64,000 nucleotides of DNA from a virus, in IMG/VR virus record IMGVR_UViG_3300045988_133024, positions 1 to 64,000 of that record; one strand, written 5' to 3'. This document shows positions 1 to 10,206 of this stretch, piece by piece (positions within the stretch are counted from its first letter, which is position 1; each line of letters opens with the position of its first letter). A model generated the notes under the pieces. The model was not told where the DNA came from. It saw nothing but the letters and a program-made list of their open reading frames with translations, and ran no database searches. Both the position numbers and the translations under genes were made by a program.

Positions 1-294
1 ATAAAGCGGTTCACACCGCCTGATTGCGAGCAAGTCTCAAGATATTGCCAACAGAGACACAATGGAATTGATCCAGAAGAGTTTGTGGATTACTACACAG
101 CCAAAGACTGGATGATTGGCAATAGCAAAATGCAAGACTGGAAGGCAGCAGTACGAAACTGGGAACGTAATCAAGCTAAGAAGAACGCTAAACAAAAGTC
201 TAAGACAACAAACCTTTCACGCTTGGAGTGTGATCGTGATTATGATTTCGGTGCGTTGGAAAGACAACTTTTTGAGAAGCAAATGACAGGATGA
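1..294 (+). CDS. C-terminal fragment of phage replication-initiator/primosome-organizer-like protein (5' partial; the frame is open from nt 1)
   Basis: The frame of the 85..294 ORF has no stop back to position 1. The motif 'FVDYYTAKDWMIGNSKMQDWKAAVRNWERN' resembles the conserved C-terminal domain attached to DnaD-like phage replication proteins. Confidence 0.45.
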   Translation: MKRFTPPDCEQVSRYCQQRHNGIDPEEFVDYYTAKDWMIGNSKMQDWKAAVRNWERNQAKKNAKQKSKTTNLSRLECDRDYDFGALERQLFEKQMTG

Positions 295-475
295 ACCTGT
301 ATGACGGATGATGATGATTTGCAAATTGAATAATTGCAATTTTGAGAAGCTTATGGGCTTCTTTTTGTTTTGCCTAAATTTAGAGAATAGGAGTAAGAAT
401 TATGGAATTAATCGAGGTAGAAATTAGACCAGAAGTACGTGAACAGTGTAACAACTAAGAGAGGAGATTGGAACA

Positions 476-772
476 ATGAAATTATACGGAACAGTGAATA
501 CAGAGGTTGATGTGAGCAAATATAATATATTAATAGCTGCGGCTCAAATACTATACGATGGACATCTATATGATGGTTGGGGAATTCATACAGAGTTATT
601 GGAGTCAGATCATAGAGAAAATAACACTGGTAAAAGAGGATTATTTAAGGTTGAAGATATATCATATCATGGTTCCCCAGTATGGAAATATACATTGATT
701 ACTGACGATGAAAATGCAATAAATGATTTTCTGTTGGCACAGGAAATAGAAAAAGTAATTAAGAGAGTGTAA
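476..772 (+). CDS. hypothetical protein
   Basis: 98-aa ORF. RBS 'agaggag' lies 8 nt upstream of the ATG. Confidence 0.55.
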   Translation: MKLYGTVNTEVDVSKYNILIAAAQILYDGHLYDGWGIHTELLESDHRENNTGKRGLFKVEDISYHGSPVWKYTLITDDENAINDFLLAQEIEKVIKRV

Positions 773-798
773 GAATAACTAGGAGAGGTGAGATTATC

Positions 799-1761
799 AT
801 GGCAGCAACACAGTTTGAAGTTATTAAAACAGTAAAAAATAATAACACAGAAAAATCCGAAACAAAGATCAAAAGACGCAAGGACGGAAACCCTAAATGG
901 ACTCGATCTAACAAACAGAAAGGTGTATCATCTTTAGTTTATCCGATTAAGAATCCAGAGAAGTTTAAGGCTTTCTGTGATTATTTTTTTGAGCAGATTG
1001 ATTCTGCGTATACGGATTATAAGAAATATGTTGCTGCTAGAAACTATCTTCTAGTATGCATTGGAAACAATACAGCCTATCGTATTTCTGATATCGTCAG
1101 ACTTAAATGGTGTGATTTGTTAGGAGATAATGATCGTGTGAGAAAGCAAGAGAAAAAAACAAAGAAGTTCAGAACTGTATTTTTCAATGATATTGTAAAA
1201 AAGGCAGTAGAGATTTTCTTTGATGCAATTGCAGGAACAAGGTATGATATTAGAGTTGATAGAGAAATTCCAATGGATAATTATATTTTCTGCACATGTA
1301 AGTCAGGATCAGATGGACATATGACAGAAGCTAATGCCTTAGATTTTGTGAAAAAGGGAGCAAGGGCAGTAGGTATTGAAGATAACGTAGGAACTCATAC
1401 ATTGCGAAAAAACTTTGTCTACTGGACTCTTGTAACACACAAGAATGATCAGAACGTACTGTATGAGTTAATGCGATTGATGAACCATAGCAACCCAGCT
1501 ATGACATTTTTGTACGCAACAATTACCGAGGAAGAAACACATGAGTTATTCTGCGACATTTCTGATACGTACAAGGATATTATTAAAGGCATTTTTGATG
1601 GAAAGAATAAGAATCTTGTGACAGCAAGTAAAGACTACATCTTAGATTTGATTAAATGTGCTTATGATATGGGGCAGCAAGATGCAAATGAACAAGATTA
1701 TAACGTGCATATGGATAATTTAGAAACATTGGAAGAATTATTGAATGAGATTATTAAGTAA
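799..1761 (+). CDS. tyrosine recombinase / phage integrase family
   Basis: Box I 'AYRISDIVRLKWCDL' carries the Arg. 'GTHTLRKNF' matches the HxxR motif. 'MNHSNPAMTFLYATI' carries the His and the catalytic Tyr. RBS 'aggagaggtg'. Confidence 0.65.
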   Translation: MAATQFEVIKTVKNNNTEKSETKIKRRKDGNPKWTRSNKQKGVSSLVYPIKNPEKFKAFCDYFFEQIDSAYTDYKKYVAARNYLLVCIGNNTAYRISDIVRLKWCDLLGDNDRVRKQEKKTKKFRTVFFNDIVKKAVEIFFDAIAGTRYDIRVDREIPMDNYIFCTCKSGSDGHMTEANALDFVKKGARAVGIEDNVGTHTLRKNFVYWTLVTHKNDQNVLYELMRLMNHSNPAMTFLYATITEEETHELFCDISDTYKDIIKGIFDGKNKNLVTASKDYILDLIKCAYDMGQQDANEQDYNVHMDNLETLEELLNEIIK

Positions 1762-1775
1762 GAAGAGGTGATAAG

Positions 1776-2474
1776 ATGATTAATAAAGCAGAGATAAAGG
1801 ATGTATATAACGAAGCATTGGAAAAATCTCAACAAAGTTATGAATTACAATTACAGCAATGGCTAGAGAATTATATCCGAAAAAATAATAAATTTACCAT
1901 AGAGGAGTTGATTGATCGTTTTCATGATAAAAGATATTCAGTTTCATATACAAGATCCATAATTATGTCTATCTTGAATATTTTTTATGTTGGAATACGT
2001 GAAGTCTCTGATACAGATGTTATTGTGAAATTTCAAAATAAAACCGTACAGGAAATTTGTAATAATTTCGATTTTAAATACAAGCCAGAATTGGTCAGCG
2101 AATATTCTGATTGTATTAATTTTGCAAACGATGATATTTTTTCTCAAGAAATTATTGAGATTTATCATAAGTTGTTACAGAAAAAAGATAAAATAGAGCA
2201 AAAAATTAAAGATCAATTACTTAATGCAGCAGAACGTCTTGATAGGGTGTGCGTAATAAATCTAACAGACATTATGATTCCTAAAAATACAAAAGTAACA
2301 GATTTTATGTTTCTAGTTGTATATAATTATATAGTTCGATCAATATTGATAGAATCTCAATTATTATTTGAAATGATATCAGATGAAGAAGATAATTTCA
2401 TTAGATATAAGTCTGGAAATTCAAAAACAATACGATATGACGATTATAGATACAAGGTTAGAGGATATTGCTAG
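1776..2474 (+). CDS. hypothetical protein
   Basis: 232-aa ORF. RBS 'aagaggtg'. Confidence 0.55.
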   Translation: MINKAEIKDVYNEALEKSQQSYELQLQQWLENYIRKNNKFTIEELIDRFHDKRYSVSYTRSIIMSILNIFYVGIREVSDTDVIVKFQNKTVQEICNNFDFKYKPELVSEYSDCINFANDDIFSQEIIEIYHKLLQKKDKIEQKIKDQLLNAAERLDRVCVINLTDIMIPKNTKVTDFMFLVVYNYIVRSILIESQLLFEMISDEEDNFIRYKSGNSKTIRYDDYRYKVRGYC

Positions 2475-2566
2475 GAGGTAGTATTATGATTTTTGCAACA
2501 GGAGATACGCATGGGGGATTGCAATTTATGAACAGATAATTAGGATTTTATAAGGAGGATTTTTGT

Positions 2567-2887
2567 ATGAAGATAAATACGATGAGACAAAATAAGGAAG
2601 AAAAGAAAGTAAATCAGAATCTTATGTGGATTTCAGCTGAGATTCCACCGCTAAAGCCAGATAACGCATCACGTTATATGAGATATAAAACATATCCTGT
2701 GATTGTAGATTACAGATATAATGATGGATATGTGGACGAAGTGCTTGATTTTTGTGACTATGACTTTGAAGAAAAGAGGTGGAAATTAGACAAGCCGCAT
2801 AAAATCAGACAGTATTTTCCACTTCCAAGCAAGCACAAGGTAAAGTGTTCGAACAAAAAGAGAACACTTGTTCGAAAAATATCTTGA
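2567..2887 (+). CDS. hypothetical protein
   Basis: 106-aa ORF. RBS 'aaggagg'. Confidence 0.55.
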   Translation: MKINTMRQNKEEKKVNQNLMWISAEIPPLKPDNASRYMRYKTYPVIVDYRYNDGYVDEVLDFCDYDFEEKRWKLDKPHKIRQYFPLPSKHKVKCSNKKRTLVRKIS

Positions 2888-2968
2888 TTTTGTTCTGTAG
2901 TAGCATTATAATAAGAAGTGTAAAAATTCTTTGTTATATTAGACTTTTGAAAAATATCTTTAAACGCT

Positions 2969-2998
2969 ATTGACAAGCATATAAAGGTATGGTATATT
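2969..2998 (+). promoter_or_regulatory. sigma-70-like promoter: -35 ttgaca (2969-2974), extended -10 'tggtatatt' (2990-2998), 18-nt spacer
   Basis: The -35 hexamer is a consensus match. The -10 has a TGn extension. The promoter lies inside a 30-bp block, 'atctttaaacgctattgacaagcatataaag', that recurs at 47454..47484. Confidence 0.55.
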
Positions 2999-3046
2999 TA
3001 ACTCATGTAAATGAAAATGCAACTGATGGAAGTTGAGGTACATGAA

Positions 3047-3502
3047 ATGAACGGATATACTAATAAAAAAGAAAATGGAAAGAGATACGACAAAGATGAA
3101 AAGAAACAATATGAATATGGGAAATATATGAAGCCGCATGTGTGGGAAATATATTTTGCCGATCTACCTGAAGTAGAAGATAGTCATATATTGTGTGGGT
3201 TACGACCAGTGATTGTGTTTTCAAATGATATATGCAATAGTACGAGTACGGAAATCAATGTTTATCCTCTAACTAAAAGGATAAGAAATTGGATTCCTAC
3301 ACATGTTACTATATGCAGAAATAAAACAAATGGTCTTAAAAGAAACTCTCAAGTGTATTGTGAGCAAGGACGAACAATTCCAAAACGGAATTTGTTAGAA
3401 TACTGGGGACAAGTAACCAACTTATCTCTTCAATTAAAAATTGCACATGCCATTATGATACAGAATGGTATGTTGTCATATATGAATGTGGCAGCGTCAT
3501 AG
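3047..3502 (+). CDS. hypothetical protein (alternative start at 3011)
   Basis: ORF 3011..3502. The internal ATG at 3047 is preceded by 'gaggt'. The 3011 ATG would be nearly leaderless from the promoter at 2969. Confidence 0.5.
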   Translation: MNGYTNKKENGKRYDKDEKKQYEYGKYMKPHVWEIYFADLPEVEDSHILCGLRPVIVFSNDICNSTSTEINVYPLTKRIRNWIPTHVTICRNKTNGLKRNSQVYCEQGRTIPKRNLLEYWGQVTNLSLQLKIAHAIMIQNGMLSYMNVAAS

Positions 3503-3517
3503 AATGGAGAAAGTTTT

Positions 3518-4546
3518 ATGAATAATAAAGAATTTATAGAAAATTATATAAAGACAAAAGTTCCAGAGTCAGCACGACCAGGATGGGAATGGATGTTGGA
3601 TTCTGATCTTGCAAGAGAGGACGAACAGGGCTTAACATACGCTCCAGGAACAATCCAAGAGGCTATGTTAAGGGCAGGAAAAGGGACTGCAAGAAATCGA
3701 ACCATGAATTCTATTGTGAAAAGATATAAACAACTTGTAGATTTATACACCTACGCAAATGAATGTAACTATATAAAATATAATCCATTCAAAAGCGATA
3801 AATTCATTGATCTACAAATCGTTGTGGATATTTATTTTTCCAATCAGGTCAACGTGAACTATGTGTCGAAAGAACAATTGAACGAACTTCTGATAGCTTT
3901 AGCTCTGCGTAAAAAGCCTTTGGATAAAAAAACAAGGTTGCAAATCGTACTATATCTAGTAAGTTTGTATAACGGTATTGATGCTGACGCCTTAAAGGAC
4001 TTAAAGTTTTCTGAAATCGACGAAGAGAAACAAACGATCTCAGGGAAACCAATTGGTAAAAACTTTTTAGATATGATTGCATACTATAAAAACGCAATGG
4101 GTGAGAATATTTATGAAGATCATATAATTATTCCATCATACAAATGTGATGATTTGCAGGAATATAAAAAAGCACAAGACCGTATTGGCTACAATATCAG
4201 ATTTTTGTTTAATACGCTTGGCAAATCGTTAAATTATTATAAAATGTCAAAAAATGACGTTATTAATTCTGGGTTTGTACAGTATTTAAAATCAAGAATG
4301 AGCATTGAATCAATATCTGAACTGTATTATGTTAAACCAAAGGATGGTGTAGCGAGATCATTAAATGCTAAGATGTTCAATGATATTGCGATTGATTTTT
4401 ATTACAAATACTATAAAACATATAGATTGGATGACGTACCGTATAATTTTAGTAGGAGACAAACGGTAATTGGGAAAACGATCAGTTATCTATATCAAGA
4501 TGAAGATTACAAGAATTATCGTGTGCATCAAATCATGACAGAGTAA
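3518..4546 (+). CDS. hypothetical protein
   Basis: 342-aa ORF. RBS 'ggag' 8 nt upstream. Confidence 0.55.
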   Translation: MNNKEFIENYIKTKVPESARPGWEWMLDSDLAREDEQGLTYAPGTIQEAMLRAGKGTARNRTMNSIVKRYKQLVDLYTYANECNYIKYNPFKSDKFIDLQIVVDIYFSNQVNVNYVSKEQLNELLIALALRKKPLDKKTRLQIVLYLVSLYNGIDADALKDLKFSEIDEEKQTISGKPIGKNFLDMIAYYKNAMGENIYEDHIIIPSYKCDDLQEYKKAQDRIGYNIRFLFNTLGKSLNYYKMSKNDVINSGFVQYLKSRMSIESISELYYVKPKDGVARSLNAKMFNDIAIDFYYKYYKTYRLDDVPYNFSRRQTVIGKTISYLYQDEDYKNYRVHQIMTE

Positions 4547-4558
4547 AGGAAGGGATTT

Positions 4559-4930
4559 TTGTATATGGACAATCAAATATTAAACATGTTGGTAGCGAAT
4601 CAATCAAATCAAATGCGTGTTGATGTACTTGATTTACACTCGTCAGAAATGTCATCTTGGTTTCTGAGCGAATATAAGATTCGGGCAGATGATGGGAAGA
4701 TAAAAATCTATGGCAAAGATAAAGATCTTTCATATCATTGGATCGAATTTATTCAAGATGAGAATTTGTTCTCTCATATTAAGCAGGACGACATATTTGA
4801 CATAATCAAATGCCTGCAATTTACATACAAAGAGAGATACAATGTTGGAATAAAAATACAGACAACAAAAAAGAAAGCAGAAGTCTTTGGCAAAACTTCT
4901 ACTTTCACACAAACTAATAATTCTAACTAA
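4559..4930 (+). CDS. hypothetical protein
   Basis: 123-aa ORF immediately downstream of the previous gene. Confidence 0.5.
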   Translation: MYMDNQILNMLVANQSNQMRVDVLDLHSSEMSSWFLSEYKIRADDGKIKIYGKDKDLSYHWIEFIQDENLFSHIKQDDIFDIIKCLQFTYKERYNVGIKIQTTKKKAEVFGKTSTFTQTNNSN

Positions 4931-4964
4931 ACAAATAATAAATAACAAAAAAGGATTTTTTGAA

Positions 4965-4989
4965 TCTATCGTGTTGGCAGCACGATAGA
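4965..4989. repeat. perfect 9-bp inverted repeat hairpin: tctatcgtg-ttggcag-cacgataga
   Basis: Read directly from the sequence. No clear U-tract follows. Confidence 0.5.
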
Positions 4990-5005
4990 AAATCGAATTA
5001 AGTAT

Positions 5006-5065
5006 TTAGAATTGTTTAATAGATAAGGATAATAATATCCTTAAAATCATTATAACAATTCTAAA
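5006..5065. repeat. nested palindrome: outer arms tttagaattgtt/aacaattctaaa (12 bp), inner arms aaggata/tatcctt
   Basis: Read directly. The palindrome lies in the 190-bp AT-rich intergenic region before gene 5124. Confidence 0.5.
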
Positions 5066-5123
5066 CATGTTCGTCAACATGAAAATTTTTCCAAAAAACT
5101 ACAATTGAATATAGGAGTGATGT

Positions 5124-5774
5124 ATGAAATACATAATTACGAATGAAGAGTTCTATGTAAAAAGAGATCATGCAAGAAATAAATACGTTCGTGATAATCG
5201 TAAGTCTGAAGCTACTCAATTTACCTCCAAACAAGCAAAACATATTTTAGGTTTGAAGCATAAATATACGTGGATGAAAGACGGATTTTATGCCAGAGAA
5301 ATTGAGCTAGGTAAAGTTGGAAAACCTATGGAATCTAGTGAAATAATGCGTAAAGGTAATGGAAATTGCTTTATGGATTGGGAATGCGATAATACATTGA
5401 TCGACAATATAGAGACTGAGGAAAGAGCTATAGTAGGACTTCTAGCATATGACTCAGATCAATTAGGAGAAAAGAAGTTTGAACTAGAACAGGCATTATC
5501 ATATGCCGATTCTGCCAGAAGTGATATTCTTCATGCGATTGAGTTTAAAAAGATTGACGCTGCGAAACGTGCAGTGATTGTTGGGTATCTTAAAACCTTA
5601 CAAGAATTGCACAGAAAAATCAAGAATTGTATTCGATACATAGAAGTGATGCAGAATTGCATGGATAATCAGAGAGATATATGTACTTTGAAGAAAGAAT
5701 TAAAAGATGCAGAACATAAGTCGTATGTCGGCAGGACAAAGTATTATGAGTTGATCCAGAATATAATCGGGTAG
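5124..5774 (+). CDS. hypothetical protein
   Basis: 216-aa ORF. RBS 'aggagtg'. Confidence 0.55.
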   Translation: MKYIITNEEFYVKRDHARNKYVRDNRKSEATQFTSKQAKHILGLKHKYTWMKDGFYAREIELGKVGKPMESSEIMRKGNGNCFMDWECDNTLIDNIETEERAIVGLLAYDSDQLGEKKFELEQALSYADSARSDILHAIEFKKIDAAKRAVIVGYLKTLQELHRKIKNCIRYIEVMQNCMDNQRDICTLKKELKDAEHKSYVGRTKYYELIQNIIG

Positions 5775-5839
5775 AGTTTCTTCCTTATTATATATGATGA
5801 CTCGCACAGGCATTTGTGCAAAATTAAAATGTAAATATT

Positions 5840-6295
5840 ATGTTAGAAAGGAGAATTATGGGCATTTACATACAAAAGTTTGGGAAATTAGGACAAAGAT
5901 ATTTTCAACCAGATGAAATAGAATATAGTCCACACTCAGGAGACTGCATTAAAGTATTAAATAAGCAAAATGGAAAAGAAAAAACATATGTAGTGATTAA
6001 TGAAGATGTAGGCGATCTACGATTACATACAAGAGAGTTAATGCCAAGAGTTCATTATACAATCTGCGATGAAAAACATTTGGATAATATTTATATGTTT
6101 AGTGTTTCAGCTTTGCTTGATAAAGAAAGGTGGATATTGCGTATATATGATTCGTTCGGTATTGAAAGAAAACGAAATGGAATATATTCGTTTGTCGATA
6201 CGTTAGATTCAGATGTCATTATTACCATTTTGATAGGAAAATACAAGCGTGAAGATACATTTAATGTAAAAGTACCTTGTGAATTAAGAAATTAA
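5840..6295 (+). CDS. hypothetical protein
   Basis: 151-aa ORF. RBS 'aaaggagaa'. Confidence 0.55.
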   Translation: MLERRIMGIYIQKFGKLGQRYFQPDEIEYSPHSGDCIKVLNKQNGKEKTYVVINEDVGDLRLHTRELMPRVHYTICDEKHLDNIYMFSVSALLDKERWILRIYDSFGIERKRNGIYSFVDTLDSDVIITILIGKYKREDTFNVKVPCELRN

Positions 6296-6308
6296 AAAGG
6301 AGAATCGT

Positions 6309-7706
6309 ATGGATAAAAATAAAACGGGCGTTTGGATACAGGACTTAGAAGGTAGAACGTACCCTTATAAAGAAGCAGATGGTACATATAAAGGAATTGT
6401 AGGAGATACAGTTATTGTTGGTACGTCTAGTATGATTGCTACATTTACAATTGAAAATATATCGTATCAAAAACTTCCATTTACAATGATTAATTACCAA
6501 ATTAAGCCAATGTATTTTGGAAAGAAGGATAACGATATATGGAAATCGTATGATTGCAGCGATGCCAAACAAATAGAGATGTTTCTGAGAGACGGTACAG
6601 CAGTGATTATTGTTCCGTTTGATTATGATAAAAGTCAGTATAGAACAAAAAGCATTTCTTCAGATGAAGCAATGATTACCTTTTATGAACAAAATCAGAA
6701 TAAGATGGAAACGATCTTGTTTGGTGAGCCGACAGTAGGGAAGACCTATCCACTTCAAACAATGAACGAGGATCTTGAGATTCAGACAGGTACGATTTCA
6801 GCCGACGAAATACAGGTTGATACATTGACTCTACCGTCACTTTCAGAAAGAAGAGTGTCTGCTCTGCCACACTATCAGCAAAAACCAATTACCGCAACGT
6901 CAGAACCAATAAAGAATGAGGCTGGTGAGCTTTCAACCACAGGGAAATCATGGATGATACATGACGACCGTGGGTTGAGTCCTTATGCACCAACACATAT
7001 TGATTGGAATGGTGAAATGAGTGCAACTTTAACATTTGCGCCAGAAAAATTGGATGAAATCATGAGTGAACTTACAGGAAACGAAGAGGAGAAAGATATG
7101 AATACAGAAAAATTAAAAGACAAAATCAAAAAAGTTATTTATGTAGACAAAGAGATGACAGTTAGGGAACCTGTTTTAGATAGTAATGGTAAGCCACTCG
7201 AAAGAGGTGGTAAACCAGTAACTAAGGCTAAATTTTACAGAGGTATGGTTAAGGTGGTTTGGAACTGTGGTACTGAAACTGTTGCTTATACAAGCAGATT
7301 CGACAGATTTAACAGAGAAGAAGGTTTCAAGACTTGTGTATTAAAATACCTGTTTGGTAACGCAGGTGCTCATGATGCAGTTGACTTCTGGACAAACAAA
7401 TATGTGAAATATCCAAGTAGCTGCATTGAAGTAACAGAAAATTTATGCAAATTGGAAGAGATCATCGAGAATGATAAGCAGAGAGAAGAGGAACGAAAAG
7501 GTTTGCCTTATGCAAAATTCTTAAGAAGAACGGTGGATCGTTTAGTACCTAGCTTTTCAGATGACAAATTACATTATGCACCAGAAGATGAAAAGCTTGC
7601 TAATGAATTTAAGAAATTAGCAAAGAAATATTTTCCAGAACTTAAATGTAGGGAAATTTATATTAATGATAGAAAACAGGAAGACGTTTTCGTAGCAATT
7701 AAATAA
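6309..7706 (+). CDS. hypothetical protein
   Basis: 465-aa ORF. RBS 'aaaggagaa'. Confidence 0.55.
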   Translation: MDKNKTGVWIQDLEGRTYPYKEADGTYKGIVGDTVIVGTSSMIATFTIENISYQKLPFTMINYQIKPMYFGKKDNDIWKSYDCSDAKQIEMFLRDGTAVIIVPFDYDKSQYRTKSISSDEAMITFYEQNQNKMETILFGEPTVGKTYPLQTMNEDLEIQTGTISADEIQVDTLTLPSLSERRVSALPHYQQKPITATSEPIKNEAGELSTTGKSWMIHDDRGLSPYAPTHIDWNGEMSATLTFAPEKLDEIMSELTGNEEEKDMNTEKLKDKIKKVIYVDKEMTVREPVLDSNGKPLERGGKPVTKAKFYRGMVKVVWNCGTETVAYTSRFDRFNREEGFKTCVLKYLFGNAGAHDAVDFWTNKYVKYPSSCIEVTENLCKLEEIIENDKQREEERKGLPYAKFLRRTVDRLVPSFSDDKLHYAPEDEKLANEFKKLAKKYFPELKCREIYINDRKQEDVFVAIK

Positions 7707-7728
7707 CAAAATGAAAAGGAGATAAATT

Positions 7729-9798
7729 ATGTGCACACCAATGAATGAAAACTGGAGCAATTTTTTAAGCAAATTGTCAGGGCGTTTAAATAAGATGCTC
7801 GATTATGTAGAGAAAAACAATTCTACATTGTATGAAACCGATATTGATAAGGATGAACTTTGGGAAGTATATCTGAGTAGTTTCCCTGAAGGAACAAACA
7901 AAATGTATCGTAAACGACGAGAATATGACTGTGGTCATTGCCGAAACTTTATTAAAACAATCGGTGGAGCTGTGGCAATTGTTGATGGCAAGATTCATAC
8001 GATCTGGGAGATTGATACCGAGGATGCCGTATTTCAGCCAGTAGTTGATGCTCTGAGAACATATGTAGAATCTAAACCAATCAAAGATATTTGGAGACAT
8101 TTTACAAATACAGTTGGTACAAAAACCACAAATGAGTATACAGAAGATAAGCAGATTATCAAATGGACTCATATGTATACACCGATTCCAGAGAGATTAC
8201 TAGAGAGAAAATCCGATATTCCTACAGCAAAAGCAAAAGTCAGAGATCGAAAGAATGTGTTTAAAAGATCACTCGATGAGATTACAGAAGAAGCTGTTGA
8301 TACCGTATTAGAACTGATCGCTTCAAATACTCTTTACAGAGGACAGGAATGGGAAAGAGTCTTAAAAGACTTTAGAAAATATCAGCGAGAATATAATGCT
8401 TTGTCTGATGAAGAAAAAGATACATACGCATGGGCAAAAGCAATGACTATCGGAGATGTAATTGGTCGTATTAGAAACCATAGTATTGGTACATTGCTTG
8501 TAAATATCAGTGAGGATATGGACTTAGATAATGCGGTTAAGGCTTATGAAAATGTTGTAGCTCCTGCGAATTACAAACGACCAAAGGCAATTTTTACAAA
8601 GAAAATGCTTGAGGATGCAAAGAAAACTGTGACTGATTTAGGATATATGGATTCATTACAGCGTAGATTTGCGAAACTTGATGATATTACAGTAAACAAT
8701 ATTCTGTTTTGTAATCGTGATGCAGCACCACGTATTCAGGGTGGCTTAGATATTTTTGACGAGATGAGCAAGGAAGTCGCTGTAAATCCTAAGAAATTTT
8801 CTAAAGTAGAAGAGATCAGTGCAGAGAAATTTGTATCAGATGTTCTACCAACAGCAAAAGAATTAGAAGTTCTGTTTGAAAATCGTCACAAGAAGAATAT
8901 GGTTTCACTGATCGCACCTGTAAACAAAGATGCCAAAAACATGATGAAGTGGGGTAATTCTTTCAGTTGGGCATATTCAGGAAATATGACAGATAGCGAG
9001 ATGAAAGAAAGAGTTAAGAACGCAGGCGGAGCAGTCGATGGAGTCTTAAGATTCTCAATCCAGTGGAACGCAGGAAAAGATTGGAACAGAGATGACTTTG
9101 ATGCACATTGTAAAACACCTTGTCAGCATATTTTCTTTAGTCATATGGTTGATTCTAAAACACAAGGCAGACTTGATGTTGATGTAATTAATCCAGAAAA
9201 AGGCAAACCTGCCGTAGAAAATATCACATGGGCGGATAAATCTGAAATGGTTGACGGAGATTATGAATTTTTCGTACACAATTATCGCCATAACAACGGT
9301 ACATCAGGATTTACAGCAGAGATTGAATTTGATGGTCAGATTTATGAATTTGAATACGATCAGCCTTTACGACAGGGACAGAACGTACCAGTAGCTACAG
9401 TTACATTAAAAGATGGAGTGTTCACAATCAAAGAAAAACTTCCATCAACAACATCTTCAAGAGAAATCTGGGGAATCAATACAAATCAGTTTGTGCCAGT
9501 AACAGTAATGTGTTATTCACCTAACTATTGGGACGAACAGACAGGTATTGGGCATAAACATTATCTGTTCATGTTAAACGGATGTGTGAATGAAGATACT
9601 CCAAATGGATTCTTCAATGAGTTTTTGAAGCAGGAATTAGTACAGCACAAGAGAGTATTCGAGGCTTTAGGAAGTAAAATGCATGTCGCAGATGATCCAA
9701 ACCAGTTATCAGGAATTGGTTTCAGTTCTACAAAACGAGATGATGTGATCGTCAAAGTCAAAGGTGCAACAGAAAGAGTTCTTAAAATTAAATTTTAA
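7729..9798 (+). CDS. large hypothetical protein
   Basis: 689-aa ORF. RBS 'aaaggaga'. Confidence 0.55.
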   Translation: MCTPMNENWSNFLSKLSGRLNKMLDYVEKNNSTLYETDIDKDELWEVYLSSFPEGTNKMYRKRREYDCGHCRNFIKTIGGAVAIVDGKIHTIWEIDTEDAVFQPVVDALRTYVESKPIKDIWRHFTNTVGTKTTNEYTEDKQIIKWTHMYTPIPERLLERKSDIPTAKAKVRDRKNVFKRSLDEITEEAVDTVLELIASNTLYRGQEWERVLKDFRKYQREYNALSDEEKDTYAWAKAMTIGDVIGRIRNHSIGTLLVNISEDMDLDNAVKAYENVVAPANYKRPKAIFTKKMLEDAKKTVTDLGYMDSLQRRFAKLDDITVNNILFCNRDAAPRIQGGLDIFDEMSKEVAVNPKKFSKVEEISAEKFVSDVLPTAKELEVLFENRHKKNMVSLIAPVNKDAKNMMKWGNSFSWAYSGNMTDSEMKERVKNAGGAVDGVLRFSIQWNAGKDWNRDDFDAHCKTPCQHIFFSHMVDSKTQGRLDVDVINPEKGKPAVENITWADKSEMVDGDYEFFVHNYRHNNGTSGFTAEIEFDGQIYEFEYDQPLRQGQNVPVATVTLKDGVFTIKEKLPSTTSSREIWGINTNQFVPVTVMCYSPNYWDEQTGIGHKHYLFMLNGCVNEDTPNGFFNEFLKQELVQHKRVFEALGSKMHVADDPNQLSGIGFSSTKRDDVIVKVKGATERVLKIKF

Positions 9799-9816
9799 TA
9801 TAAAGGAGATTGAATT

Positions 9817-10206
9817 ATGACAACAGAAAACTTATTTGAAATGGCAACTAGAAACAAAATGAGATTCCCATCTACAAAAGGTGAGTTATCCGTAGAAGAT
9901 TTATGGGATTTATCCGATAAAGATTTAGATGTGGTATACAAAAATCTGAAAGATCAGGAAGTTAAATCTTCAGAAGAAAGTCTGTTGGATGATGCAAATG
10001 TTGATTCAAAATTAACGGTTGCGATTGGTATTGTGAAGTATATCTTTACAACAAAACGTAATGAGAGACTTGCCGAGAAGGAACGTATTAATAAGAAACT
10101 TACACAGAGAAAATATATTGATGCTCTTTCCAAGAAACAGGATGAGGCTATTGAGAAGATGTCAGAAGCGGAATTACGTGCGATGATTGATTCTTTAGAA
10201 GATTAA
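9817..10206 (+). CDS. hypothetical protein
   Basis: 129-aa ORF. RBS 'aaaggaga'. Confidence 0.55.
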   Translation: MTTENLFEMATRNKMRFPSTKGELSVEDLWDLSDKDLDVVYKNLKDQEVKSSEESLLDDANVDSKLTVAIGIVKYIFTTKRNERLAEKERINKKLTQRKYIDALSKKQDEAIEKMSEAELRAMIDSLED

